Shown: piece after piece, positions 31,538 to 41,340 of the stretch | Position numbering within the stretch: position 1 is the stretch's first letter | Layout: every line of letters starts with the position of its first letter | NCBI GenBank assembly: GCA_028877205.1 | Contig: JAPPHY010000016.1 | Location: 207,457 to 271,456 of the forward strand | Reading direction: 5' to 3' | Length of the DNA: 64,000 bases | Source: Chloroflexota bacterium | GTDB lineage: Bacteria; Chloroflexota; Dehalococcoidia; Lucifugimonadales; UBA2985 | Made by a program: the position numbers and the translations under genes | The notes under the pieces: generated by a model | Databases searched by the model: none | The model's input: the letters and a program-made list of their open reading frames with translations, nothing else | What the model was told of the DNA's origin: nothing

Positions 31538-34411
31538 ATGCAGACAGGGCAGCTGGAGCACGAGCTTAGGCAGTCACTGGAGGGCGAGGTACGCTTCGAC
31601 CCGTACTCACGTGCGATGTACAGCACGGATGCCAGCATCTACCAGATAGAGCCGCTGGGCGTGGTGTTGCCCCGCAGCCGCGAGGACGTGATCGCGGCGG
31701 TGGAGCTGGCGAGCAGGTACGGCGTTCCCGTGCTGCCAAGGGGCGGCGGCACCAGCCTCGCGGGCCAGACCGTCGGCCGCGCCATCGTTCTGGACATGTC
31801 CAAGTACATGAATCGCGTGCTGGAGGTGAACACGGAGGAGCGATGGGCGCGGGTGCAGCCGGGCATCGTGCTGGAGCAGCTCAACCACGAAGTGCGGCAC
31901 ACGGGGCTGTACTTTACGCCGGACCCGGCCACGTCCAACCGCTCCAACGTGGGCGGCGCAATCGGCAACAACTCGTGCGGCTCCCACTCGATCGTCTACG
32001 GCAAGACCATTGACCACATCATCGAGCTGGACACCGTGCTGTCCAACGGCGAGCCGGTCCGTCTAGGGCCTCTGACGGCCTCGCAGCTGGAGACGCGGCT
32101 GCACGGCGAGGGATTAGAGGGCGAGATCTACCGCCGAGTGCGGGACATCGCCCGCGCCAACGCGGCCGAGGTCGACCAGCGCTACCCGAAGGTGATGCGC
32201 AGGGTAGGAGGCTACAATCTTGACCAGATCATGGACGACAACAACTTCAACCTGGCCAAGATGATTGTCGGCTCGGAGGGGACGCTGGCCGCTGTGACCG
32301 AGGCCAAGGTCAACCTGGAGCCGCGGCCGGGGGCAACCGCCCTCATGGCGGTACACTTCAGCGGCCTGATCGAGGCGATGGAGGCAACAGTTGCCACTCT
32401 GGAGTTTCGGCCCGCGGCGGTGGAGCTGGTGGGCCGAGTCATAATTCAGCAGATAAACGCCTCTCTCGGCTACCGTCGCCGCAGCGGTTTCATCGAGGGC
32501 GACCCGCACTCCATCCTGCTGGTCGAGACCGCGGGCGACTCCGAGGCCGAGGTGAGCGCAAGGCTCGACGAGATCGAGCGCAGCCTGCGTCGCGGCAGCA
32601 TGGGATACGCGTTCATCAAGATGACTGACCGAGCGGAGCAGGCCAACGTGTGGGAGGTGCGCAAGGCTGGCATCGGCCTGATGATGGGCGTCAAGAGCGC
32701 AGCCAAGCCCATCCCGTTCATCGAGGACTGCGCCGTCGATACGGACAGGCTGCCGGAGTACATCCAGCGGGTCGACGACCTGATTCGCGAGAACGGAACG
32801 GAGGCCGCCTACTACGGCCACGCAAGCGTCGGATGCATCCACGTGAGGCCTTTCATCGACCTGAAGGAGGAGGAAGACGTGGAGCGGATGTACCGCATCT
32901 CCCGCGGCGCCTGCGATCTGGTCATGGAGATGGGCGGCGCCATGAGCGGCGAGCACGGCGATGGCCTGGTGCGGAGCATGTGGAACGAGCGCGTGTTCGG
33001 CACAACGCTCTACAGCGCCTTCCGCGAGGTCAAACAGGCCTTCGATCCCAAGAACATCATGAACCCGGGCAAGATCGTGGACTCACCCTCGATGGTCGAG
33101 AACCTGCGGTACGGCGGCGGATACCAAGGCCTGAAGCTGGAGACGAAGCTGGACTTCTCGCGTGACGGAGGAATCACTCAGGCTGTGGAGATGTGCAGCG
33201 GACTCGGAGCTTGCCGGCACACGCTGGGCGGCACCATGTGCCCGTCGTACATGGCGACGCGGGAGGAGGAGCACTCCACGCGCGGCCGCGCAAACGCACT
33301 GCGCGCGGTGCTGTCCGGGATGCTGCCGCCGGAGGAGTTCACCAGCGACCGGATGAGACAGGTCATGGATCTGTGCCTGGAGTGCAAGGCGTGCAAGTCG
33401 GAGTGCCCGTCGCAGGTGGACATGGCCAAGCTCAAGTACGAGTTCCTGGACGCCTACCACACCAAGCACGGCTACCCGCTCAGGTCCAAGCTCTTTGCCA
33501 GCATAGGCTCGCTGAGCAAGCTCGGCAGTGCCTTCGCTCCACTATCGAACTGGGGGGCCGGCTTTCCGCTGACCCGTTGGGTGATGGATCGGTTCATGAA
33601 CGTAGACAGTCGAAGGCCCCTGCCGGCGTTCGTCAGCCGGACCTTCCCGCGGCAGTTCCGGGGCCGCAACGCCGCCTTCGACAGGCCCATACAGGGCCAC
33701 GTGGTGCTCTTCAACGACACGTTCATGAACTACAACTACCCGGGCATCGGGCTGGCGGCCACCCGCCTGCTGGAGCGGGCCGGCTTCGCCGTCGGGCTTG
33801 TGGAGCGCAAGTGCTGCGGCCGTCCCATGATCTCCAAGGGGATGCTGGACGCCGCCAAGGCCAACGCCCAATACAACGTGGACCTGCTGTACCCCTACGT
33901 GGAGCAGGGCGCCTACGTGGTGGGCTGCGAGCCAAGCTGCCTGCTGACCCTGCGCGATGAGTACCCCGACCTCCTGCGCTCTCCGGAAGCCGACCGAGTG
34001 GCGGAGAAGTCGATGCTGCTTGAGGAGTTCCTCCACATGCTGCTCCGCGAGGACAGGCTCAACCTGCGGTTCAGGGAGTCGCCGGGACGCGCGCTGTACC
34101 ACGCTCACTGCCACTCGCGGTCACTCGTGGGCACCGAGCCGGCCATGACGGTGCTTGGGCTGATTCCCGGCCTGGACGTGCAGGAGAGCGACGCTGGCTG
34201 CTGCGGCATGGCAGGCGCGTTCGGCTACGAGAAGGAGCACTACGACGTGTCGATGACCATTGGAGGGCAGAGGCTGTTCCCGGCCGTGTCCGCCCTTGGC
34301 GAGGGCGGCCAGGTGGTGGTCACGGGCATGTCCTGCAGACAGCAGATACAGCACGGCACCAACCGCGCGCCCCGTCACCTGGCGGAGGTGCTTGCGGAGG
34401 CGCTGGATTGA
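31538..34411 (+). CDS. fused FAD-binding oxidase (GlcD-like) and Fe-S/CCG-domain (GlcF-like) protein
   Basis: N-terminal PCMH-type FAD domain (PRGGGTSLAGQ). The middle carries 2x CxxCxxCxxxCP-like motifs (CLECKACKSECP). C-terminal cysteine-rich CCG repeats are present. Length 957 aa. Confidence 0.85.
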   Translation: MQTGQLEHELRQSLEGEVRFDPYSRAMYSTDASIYQIEPLGVVLPRSREDVIAAVELASRYGVPVLPRGGGTSLAGQTVGRAIVLDMSKYMNRVLEVNTEERWARVQPGIVLEQLNHEVRHTGLYFTPDPATSNRSNVGGAIGNNSCGSHSIVYGKTIDHIIELDTVLSNGEPVRLGPLTASQLETRLHGEGLEGEIYRRVRDIARANAAEVDQRYPKVMRRVGGYNLDQIMDDNNFNLAKMIVGSEGTLAAVTEAKVNLEPRPGATALMAVHFSGLIEAMEATVATLEFRPAAVELVGRVIIQQINASLGYRRRSGFIEGDPHSILLVETAGDSEAEVSARLDEIERSLRRGSMGYAFIKMTDRAEQANVWEVRKAGIGLMMGVKSAAKPIPFIEDCAVDTDRLPEYIQRVDDLIRENGTEAAYYGHASVGCIHVRPFIDLKEEEDVERMYRISRGACDLVMEMGGAMSGEHGDGLVRSMWNERVFGTTLYSAFREVKQAFDPKNIMNPGKIVDSPSMVENLRYGGGYQGLKLETKLDFSRDGGITQAVEMCSGLGACRHTLGGTMCPSYMATREEEHSTRGRANALRAVLSGMLPPEEFTSDRMRQVMDLCLECKACKSECPSQVDMAKLKYEFLDAYHTKHGYPLRSKLFASIGSLSKLGSAFAPLSNWGAGFPLTRWVMDRFMNVDSRRPLPAFVSRTFPRQFRGRNAAFDRPIQGHVVLFNDTFMNYNYPGIGLAATRLLERAGFAVGLVERKCCGRPMISKGMLDAAKANAQYNVDLLYPYVEQGAYVVGCEPSCLLTLRDEYPDLLRSPEADRVAEKSMLLEEFLHMLLREDRLNLRFRESPGRALYHAHCHSRSLVGTEPAMTVLGLIPGLDVQESDAGCCGMAGAFGYEKEHYDVSMTIGGQRLFPAVSALGEGGQVVVTGMSCRQQIQHGTNRAPRHLAEVLAEALD

Positions 34412-34830
34412 GCGAGGCCGCGCTCCCGCCCAACCTGCAGTACGTGCTGTTCTGCAGTGACTTCGTGGAGCACGCAGGTCAGGTGTCGGTGTTGGGGCTG
34501 CTGGACGGCGCGGACGTCCGGGGAAGCCTCCCGCGAGGAACACCTATGCCGGCCAAGGTGTTTCCGCTTAAGGTGGTTCTGGGCATCAACGCGCCCGATG
34601 GCAAGCATCACGTCAAGCTGGGAATAACCCGTCCCTCAGGTGGGATCATGACCACCGTGGACCTGGAGGAGTTCGAAACCCATCCGGGCGAGGCAGTGCA
34701 CAGGTGTATCGCAAGCCTGGACATGGAGGTGTCGGAGGACGGCCTGTACACCTTCAGAGTGTTCCTGGACGATGCTGAGATTGGCTGGGCTGTCCTGCCG
34801 ATGAGCTTCACCGTCGAGTATATCGACTAG
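34408..34830 (+). CDS. hypothetical protein (140 aa), translationally coupled to the oxidase
   Basis: The TTG start overlaps the upstream stop (TTGA). The sequence is predicted beta-rich. No family recognised with confidence. Confidence 0.55.
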   Translation: MSEAALPPNLQYVLFCSDFVEHAGQVSVLGLLDGADVRGSLPRGTPMPAKVFPLKVVLGINAPDGKHHVKLGITRPSGGIMTTVDLEEFETHPGEAVHRCIASLDMEVSEDGLYTFRVFLDDAEIGWAVLPMSFTVEYID

Positions 34831-35225
34831 ACCCGATGGGGTCTCACTCGCGGGCTGATTCCGGCTTATCCCCGTCCCTCGAGTTCCAAACCCCTACGCT
34901 CTCGCAAGCGATGATTCCGCGCCTATGTATCGGCCTACGTTGCGCCTCTGCGGCCCTCAACAGACTCGCGCAGTTTTCCCCAAAACGGCGCGAGAATTTT
35001 ACAAATCAGGCGTGGAATGTCCTTGACACGCCATCCTACGGACAGACTATCATCTTCTGAGTTGGAATAGCTCCCCGCGGCGTAGCTGCCTCTAACGCGC
35101 CGCACTCGGACACAACCCAGGCCCCGCAAAGGTCTGCGGTCCGTTTTGGCACATCCTGTTGCCAGCCGATCGGTTCACTTCCCACAGGCAAACTCATCAT
35201 TACCGATTGTGCAGGAGGTGGTTCA

Positions 35226-36062
35226 GTGAGTGCCAAGGCTCCGTCAATCCATCTACTTAGCGACGGAACCCTAAAGTACGACGGCGGTTCGATTTTCGGG
35301 CAGATCCCCAAGTTTCTCTGGGAGCAACACATGAAGCCCGATAGATGGAATCGCGTGAGCCTGGGACTCAACTGCCTCCTGATTCGCACGGCAAACGGCA
35401 ACGTGCTGGTCGACACAGGTGCCGGCACCAAGGACACGGGCAAGCAGCGAGAGGTGTTTGGCCTCTCATCCAGCAAGCTGAACAGGAGCCTGAAGGAAGT
35501 CGGCCTCACCGCCAAGGACATCGACCGGGTCATACTGACCCACCTGCACTTCGACCACTCGGGAGGGTGCACCAAGGTAGAGCGGTCAGGCCGCGTAATC
35601 CCCGCGTTTCCCAGGGCAACCTACGTTGTCCAGAAGGCTTGCTGGGAGTACGCCATGGAACCCGGCGAGCGTGGCAGGGACGCCCACCACTCGGAGGACT
35701 ACGCCTGCCTGCAGGAGTCCGGGCAGCTATCGCTGGTGGATGGAGACTGCGAGATTCTGCCGGACGTGTGGGTCAAGGACACCGGAGGTCACTGTCGGGG
35801 CCATCAGGTGGTTCACGTAAACTGCGGGGGCGAGAAGGTCGTGTTTCTAGGCGACCTGATACCGACTACGCACCACCTGAGCCTTCCGTACGTCTCCGCG
35901 CTCGACCAGTTCCCTGAAGAGACCGTGGAAATCAAGCGGGAGCTTATAGCCAAGGCCGTTAAGGACGGCTGGCTCGTAATCTTCAGTCACGGCAACGGCG
36001 ACAGAGCGGGCTACGTGGAGGAGCGCGACGGCATGGTGAATCTCCGGCCCGTCAACCTGTAG
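35226..36062 (+). CDS. MBL-fold metallo-hydrolase
   Basis: HLHFDHSGG motif. The GTG start follows AGGAGGTG with a 5-nt spacer. Confidence 0.85.
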   Translation: MSAKAPSIHLLSDGTLKYDGGSIFGQIPKFLWEQHMKPDRWNRVSLGLNCLLIRTANGNVLVDTGAGTKDTGKQREVFGLSSSKLNRSLKEVGLTAKDIDRVILTHLHFDHSGGCTKVERSGRVIPAFPRATYVVQKACWEYAMEPGERGRDAHHSEDYACLQESGQLSLVDGDCEILPDVWVKDTGGHCRGHQVVHVNCGGEKVVFLGDLIPTTHHLSLPYVSALDQFPEETVEIKRELIAKAVKDGWLVIFSHGNGDRAGYVEERDGMVNLRPVNL

Positions 36063-36212
36063 GCGTCTTCTCCAGTTCAAGCAAGGTCAGGGAGGGTCGA
36101 CGGACGTTCGCTGTTTCGTCTATTCTGCCGGACGTCGAAGCTCGAATATTGTGCACATTTTCCAGCATTAGTCCGCGGAGGGTGCTCAACAAGGCCGCTG
36201 ACTCAGCACTCA

Positions 36213-36221
36213 TGGTATGAT
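36213..36221 (+). promoter_or_regulatory. extended -10 TGgTATGAT
   Basis: Lies in an AT-richer intergenic region about 70 nt upstream of the glutaredoxin-like gene. Confidence 0.4.
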
Positions 36222-36289
36222 AATCCTGTGCACGCAGCCGACATTGTTCGGCTGCCGGGCGCGCAGCCCCTACCAACGGAGGTCACGGC

Positions 36290-36541
36290 ATGGAGCAGAG
36301 CGGAATCACGGTGTACGGCGCAGACTGGTGCGGCGACTGCAGGCGGGCCAAGAAGTTCATGGACGACAAGGGCGTTGCGTACAACTGGGTGAACATTGAG
36401 AACGACCCGTCGGCCATCGAGCTGGTGCTAAAGCTCAACGGCGGAAAGCGCGTCATTCCCACAATCGTGTTCGAGGACGGCTCCGTACTGGTCGAGCCAA
36501 CCAACTCCGAGCTGGCAGGCAAGCTGGGCGTGGGGAAGTAG
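36290..36541 (+). CDS. glutaredoxin-like/mycoredoxin-type thiol-disulfide protein
   Basis: 83 aa with a WCGDC redox motif and a VIPTIVFEDG cis-Pro region. The ATG follows GGAGG with a 7-nt spacer. Confidence 0.8.
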   Translation: MEQSGITVYGADWCGDCRRAKKFMDDKGVAYNWVNIENDPSAIELVLKLNGGKRVIPTIVFEDGSVLVEPTNSELAGKLGVGK

Positions 36542-36548
36542 CTGCACT

Positions 36549-37274
36549 GTGAACGCAGAAGCCCGCGCGGAGCCGCCGGCGTGCCTGGAGCAGCGGCTGG
36601 TCATCTCTTTCTCCAACGGCCGCCTGCTGGCGGAAGCCCTCACTCATCCCTCGGTCGTAAACGAGGACCCGCAGGCCCACCCGACGTCCAACCAGCGCCT
36701 GGAATTTCTTGGCGACGCACTGATCGGCCTGGTAGCTGCCAGGGAGCTGTACAGGCTGCTTCCAGGGGCGCATGAAGGCTCGCTTACAGAGCTCCGGGCC
36801 GCCGTGGTTAGGGGCGAAACGCTCGCCCGGGTCGCCGGAGCCATCGAGCTCGGCGCTTACCTGCGGCTGGGTCAGGGCGAAGAGGCAAACGGCGGGCGCG
36901 AGCGAGAATCGAATCTGGCGTCGGCGTTCGAGGCATTGGTCGGAGCCGTGCTTCTCGATCGGGGCGCCGAGGAAGCCTGCGATGTGGCGCTGCGGCTGAT
37001 CCGGCCTGAGGTGGAGCGTGTGGTACGTGAGGGTGCCGCGAGAGACCCCAAGTCGCGGCTGCAGGAGGTAACGCAGGGCCTGGGAATGGGATCGCCGGCG
37101 TATAACACTGCCTCTCAAACCGGGCCGGAGCAGGACAGGGTATTCCACATCGAGGTGATGGTGGCGGGTCGAGTGATGGGATCGGGGTCGGGCCGCCGCA
37201 AGGTGGACGGCGAGCGGGCCGCTGCGCTGGAAGCCCTGGCGCTGCTTAGTGCGTCAGGCGAGTCAAGCACGTAG
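36549..37274 (+). CDS. rnc: ribonuclease III
   Basis: Signature NQRLEFLGDALIG, followed by a C-terminal dsRBD. Confidence 0.92.
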   Translation: MNAEARAEPPACLEQRLVISFSNGRLLAEALTHPSVVNEDPQAHPTSNQRLEFLGDALIGLVAARELYRLLPGAHEGSLTELRAAVVRGETLARVAGAIELGAYLRLGQGEEANGGRERESNLASAFEALVGAVLLDRGAEEACDVALRLIRPEVERVVREGAARDPKSRLQEVTQGLGMGSPAYNTASQTGPEQDRVFHIEVMVAGRVMGSGSGRRKVDGERAAALEALALLSASGESST

Positions 37275-37322
37275 GCGGACGGAAGAGAGGCAGTGGGCAC
37301 CCTCGGGCCGAGGAGGACTGCA

Positions 37323-37772
37323 ATGCTGGGACAGGTACACGACCACATCGTCAGGGAGCTTGGGGAAAGCAGCCGCACGGACACCATCTTCGTGCTAACC
37401 GCCATCATGTTCAACCTGCTCGCCCTAGCAGTGAGCTCAGGGATGGCTGTCGCTGCCGTGGAGGAGCGGGCCGGGACATATTCGGAGGTCAATCTCGCAG
37501 CCCAGACCTACGACATCCTCCTCGCGGTGTTCATAGGAATGACTCTGCTGATCAACGCAGTGGCCGTGGCAGCGCTCGCCTTCGGCAGGCGCAACCGCAG
37601 GACGCTGCTGGACGGCCTGGTGGCCATGTACCGCGACAACGAGGTGGACAGATATTACGATCCGTCACTCGTCTCCAACTACGGCGTGCGCTATCTGCTG
37701 TTCGGCGGTGTCATCGTATCACTGGCGCTTACTGCCATCGTAGTCCCGATCATCATTCGCCTCACTGGCTAA
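37323..37772 (+). CDS. hypothetical integral membrane protein
   Basis: ATG 37323 follows GAGGAGG with a 6-nt spacer. It has 3-4 TM helices. Confidence 0.6.
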   Translation: MLGQVHDHIVRELGESSRTDTIFVLTAIMFNLLALAVSSGMAVAAVEERAGTYSEVNLAAQTYDILLAVFIGMTLLINAVAVAALAFGRRNRRTLLDGLVAMYRDNEVDRYYDPSLVSNYGVRYLLFGGVIVSLALTAIVVPIIIRLTG

Positions 37773-37824
37773 GAGGACAATCTGTAGACGTAACCTCGTT
37801 CTCAGCCGCCGCCTCCCCCTCGCG

Positions 37825-37853
37825 TTGCCACGGCATGGGGGCCATGCTAAGAT
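37825..37853 (+). promoter_or_regulatory. promoter TTGCCA-17(TGc)-TAAGAT, 6 nt upstream of the ftsY ATG (predicted leaderless)
   Basis: -35 at 37825-37830. Extended -10 TGcTAAGAT at 37845-37853. Then ttcatc, then the ATG at 37860 at position +7. Confidence 0.6.
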
Positions 37854-37859
37854 TTCATC

Positions 37860-38807
37860 ATGTTCAGCAGGCTACTTGGCAGACGCGAAAGGGTGCAACA
37901 GGGGCTTAAGAAGAGCCGCGAATCCTGGTACTCCCGCGTTGTCAACATTGTCCAGCGTTCCCGCCTTGACGAGGAGGCGTGGGAGGAGCTGGAGGAGATG
38001 CTCATCTCGGCAGACGTGGGCGTTTCAGCGGCAGCGCAATTGATAGAGAACACGCGGTTGAAGGCATCGGCCAGGGGAGCGCGCGACGTCGAGGACGTCA
38101 TGGACATTCTCAAGGGTGAGATTCTGGAGGCTCTTACTCTGCCTGGAACCGGGGTACCCACTGAACCATCCACAGGGGAGGGCAGACCGCACGTGATCCT
38201 GACGGTCGGCGTGAACGGCGTGGGGAAGACCACCAGCATCGCAAAGCTGGCGCACTACTACGGCGAGCAGGGCTGCAAGACGCTCCTGTCGGCCTCAGAC
38301 ACCTTTCGAGCGGGTGCCATCGACCAGCTGCGGACGTGGGGCGACCGGCTTGGAGTGGACGTGATTGCGCATGGGCCGGGCGGCGACCCGGCCGCCATCG
38401 CCTATGACGCCCTGGAGGCCGCGAGGGCCCGCGGAGCAGACGTGGTGTTGGTGGACACGGCGGGGAGACTGCACACGCAGCTGAACCTGATGGAGGAGAT
38501 GAAGAAGATCGCGCGAGTGCTCTCGCGGCTGGACCAGGAGGCCCCGCACGAGACCCTGCTGGTGCTGGATGCCACCACCGGTCAGAACGGACTGGCACAG
38601 GCCCGGTCGTTCACGGAGGCTGTTGGGTGCACGGGCGTGATACTTGCCAAGCTCGACGGTACGGCGAGAGGCGGCGTGGTCGTAGCCATCGTGCGAGAGT
38701 TGGGCGTGCCGGTGCGCTACATCGGCACCGGAGAGGGTATCGATGACCTAGCCCCCTTCGACGCAAGAGAGTTCGTAGAGGAGCTGTTTTCGCCCGTCCC
38801 CGAATAG
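37860..38807 (+). CDS. ftsY: signal recognition particle receptor FtsY
   Basis: SRP54-type GTPase motifs GVNGVGKTTSIAKLA, DTAGR and AKLDGTARGG. Confidence 0.93.
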   Translation: MFSRLLGRRERVQQGLKKSRESWYSRVVNIVQRSRLDEEAWEELEEMLISADVGVSAAAQLIENTRLKASARGARDVEDVMDILKGEILEALTLPGTGVPTEPSTGEGRPHVILTVGVNGVGKTTSIAKLAHYYGEQGCKTLLSASDTFRAGAIDQLRTWGDRLGVDVIAHGPGGDPAAIAYDALEAARARGADVVLVDTAGRLHTQLNLMEEMKKIARVLSRLDQEAPHETLLVLDATTGQNGLAQARSFTEAVGCTGVILAKLDGTARGGVVVAIVRELGVPVRYIGTGEGIDDLAPFDAREFVEELFSPVPE

Positions 38808-38903
38808 AGGGCGACGTCTCGTTCGTGGCGCCGTGAACGCTCGCAGCAAGTCTCTTTCCATCACGGGCAAAGCCGCGCGCGGGAGCCGCGAGGGCCGACG
38901 CCG

Positions 38904-41333
38904 GTGAGCGTCATACTCTGGCTGATAGCAGTACAGCTAGTCGGGCTGGCTGCCTTTCCCATAGCATTTGCCCTCATGCCGGCGCTACGCGACCGCGGCT
39001 ACGCCGTGGCCAAGCCTCTCGGACTGATACTGGTTTCGTGGCCGCTGTGGCTTCTCGGCTCGTTCAACCTGGTGCCGACAACCACCGTCACGCTGTGGGG
39101 AGCGTTGGCGGTCATGGCCCTCGTATCGAGCTGGATCGCTTACGTTCGCCGCGAAGAGATGCTGGCACTGCTTCGGCGGGAGGGCCACGCCATCCTGATC
39201 GCAGAGGGCGTGTTCCTGTTGATGTTCCTAGCCTGGGTGGCTTATCGAGCCTACGACCCGGCCATCGACAGCACGGAGCAGCCGATGGACTTCGCGTTCC
39301 TCAACGCCTCCGTGCTCGCCGGCTACTTCCCGCCGGCGGACCCGTGGCTCCGGGGCGGCGACGTCCCGTACTACTACTTCGGCTACCTGCTGATGGGAAA
39401 CCTGACTGAGATGACGCTGATTCCCACTCGCGTCTCGTACAATCTGGCGCTGGCCCTGATACCGGCTATGGCGGCGTCCGCGGCGTTCGGACTGGTCTAC
39501 AACCTGATTCGAGTCCACGGCGCGAACGCGAGGAAGGCTATGGGATTCGGGCTCGTCGCTCCCGCTCTGCTGCTGGTGACGAGCAACCTGGTCGGCCTGC
39601 TGGAGTTCCTGCGGATCCGGGGGTTCGGCTCGGCCGGCTTCTGGAGCTGGATCGGCATCAAGGACCTGGGGCCTGCCGAGGCGCTTTCGTGGCGTCCTAT
39701 GGACTACCTGTGGTGGTGGCGGAGCTCCCGCGTCATAGACACCCTCAACGCAGAAGGGGGAAGCCTGGACTACACCATCACGGAGTTCCCGTTCTTCAGT
39801 TTCCTGCTGGGCGACCTGCATCCGCACGCCATGTCGATCCCATTTGTGCTTCTCTTCGTCACGCTGTGCCTGGCGGTGTACGTGACTCCGGGGGGCGCGG
39901 CGGTTCGCGCGCTGCGAGAGACGCCATGGACCGTCCTGGCTGCTTCGGTGATCCTGGGCGCGCTTGCGTTCGTGAACGTCTGGGACATCGCCACGTTCGG
40001 TGCGCTGTGGGCCGTTGTGGTCGTGTTCAGGACGGTCCGCGAGACGAACGGTGACTGGGCACGCGTGCTGCCTCTCGCGTGGCTGCCCATCGGTGCGACC
40101 CTGCTGCTGGCGGTTCTCCTGTACACGCCGTACTACGTGAGCCTGGACAGCCAGGCCTCTGGCATCCTTCCCGTGGGCGAGGTTGGCACTCGTCCCATCC
40201 ACTTCCTCATCCTGTGGGGGCTGTTCCTGTCGATTCTGACTCCGGTGCTGCTCAGGCAGGCGTACGCTGCTCTGCCTCTACGGCGGACAAGCACAGCCAG
40301 GGTCGCCGCCGGGGACGCGGAAGCCGTCGGTGCCCTCGAGGCTCCTGCGGGCGGTGCGCCGCAACCCGCGTTCGCGGAGGTGTTCTGGCCGCGGGCCGCG
40401 GCGGCGCTCGCCGTGGTCATGCTGCCGTTCTTCGTGTGGGCGGCGTGGCACCTGGGCTGGAACACTGTGGCGGGTTCGTCCAACCCGTTCGTGGTGGTTA
40501 GCGAGCGGCTGGTGAGCGTGCTGCCCCTGGCGGCCATGCTGTTCGCGGCCATCTTCGCCCTGATTCGCATCGGCGAGAGAGGCGAGCAGCCCGCGATGGC
40601 ATTCGTGCTGGCAATGGTATCGCTGGGGCTGCTGCTGATTCTTGGGCCGGAGTTCCTGCGCCTGGGCGACCTGTTCAACAACAGGATGAACACCATATTC
40701 AAGCTGTACTACCAGGCGTGGATTCTCCTTGCGACCGCCTCTGCGTTTGGCCTATACTGCCTCAGTTCAATCGGGCTGCCGGGCCGCAGGGCGCTCCGTG
40801 CGGCAATGGCGGGCTGGTGGGTGGTGATTGGCCTGCTGACTGCGGGCAGCCTGTACTATCCGGTGGAGGCTGCCCTCACTAAGAGCGGGCAGTTCCAGGG
40901 AGAAGCCACGCTGGACGGGCTGTCGCACGTGGCGCGGAGCAGCCCGGGGGAGTACGCTGCGATTCTATGGCTGCAGGATAACGCAATGGAGGGAGACGGC
41001 TTGCTGGAGGCCGTGGGCGACAGCTGGTCAACCTACAGCAGGGTCTCGAGCAGCACTGGGCTGCCGACGGTGCTGGGCTGGCCCTGGCACGAACACCAGT
41101 GGCGCGGGTCGCGCGAGCCTTTCGAGGGCAGGGAAGAGGACGTGCGGGCCATCTACGAGACGCGGGACGCGTCCGAGGCCGCAGACCTTCTGGACGAATA
41201 CGGAATCAAATATGTAGTGGTAGGGCCTCGGGAACGGAACTCGTACGGGACGGCGGGCCTGTCCAAGTTCCCGCAGCTGGGAGACGAGGCGTTCTCGCAG
41301 GACGACGTGACCATCTACAGGATTCGAGAGTGA
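38904..41333 (+). CDS. DUF2298 / Chlor_Arch_YYY-type large membrane protein
   Basis: 809 aa with about 18 TM helices. The signature PYYYFGY (in DVPYYYFGYLLMG) matches the Chlor_Arch_YYY (TIGR03662) description as recalled. Confidence 0.75.
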   Translation: MSVILWLIAVQLVGLAAFPIAFALMPALRDRGYAVAKPLGLILVSWPLWLLGSFNLVPTTTVTLWGALAVMALVSSWIAYVRREEMLALLRREGHAILIAEGVFLLMFLAWVAYRAYDPAIDSTEQPMDFAFLNASVLAGYFPPADPWLRGGDVPYYYFGYLLMGNLTEMTLIPTRVSYNLALALIPAMAASAAFGLVYNLIRVHGANARKAMGFGLVAPALLLVTSNLVGLLEFLRIRGFGSAGFWSWIGIKDLGPAEALSWRPMDYLWWWRSSRVIDTLNAEGGSLDYTITEFPFFSFLLGDLHPHAMSIPFVLLFVTLCLAVYVTPGGAAVRALRETPWTVLAASVILGALAFVNVWDIATFGALWAVVVVFRTVRETNGDWARVLPLAWLPIGATLLLAVLLYTPYYVSLDSQASGILPVGEVGTRPIHFLILWGLFLSILTPVLLRQAYAALPLRRTSTARVAAGDAEAVGALEAPAGGAPQPAFAEVFWPRAAAALAVVMLPFFVWAAWHLGWNTVAGSSNPFVVVSERLVSVLPLAAMLFAAIFALIRIGERGEQPAMAFVLAMVSLGLLLILGPEFLRLGDLFNNRMNTIFKLYYQAWILLATASAFGLYCLSSIGLPGRRALRAAMAGWWVVIGLLTAGSLYYPVEAALTKSGQFQGEATLDGLSHVARSSPGEYAAILWLQDNAMEGDGLLEAVGDSWSTYSRVSSSTGLPTVLGWPWHEHQWRGSREPFEGREEDVRAIYETRDASEAADLLDEYGIKYVVVGPRERNSYGTAGLSKFPQLGDEAFSQDDVTIYRIRE

Positions 41334-41340
41334 CCCTTCG

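Noticed and set aside
35023-35150. Possible small RNA: a TTGACA box, then about 100 nt with a gcggcg/cgccgc hairpin, ending in ccgca..tgcgg followed by tccgtttt
   Set aside because: The -10 spacing is ambiguous (16 or 19 nt), and the terminal stem is only 5 bp with a weak U-tract. It may simply be the 5'UTR of the MBL-fold gene. Only RNA-seq could decide.
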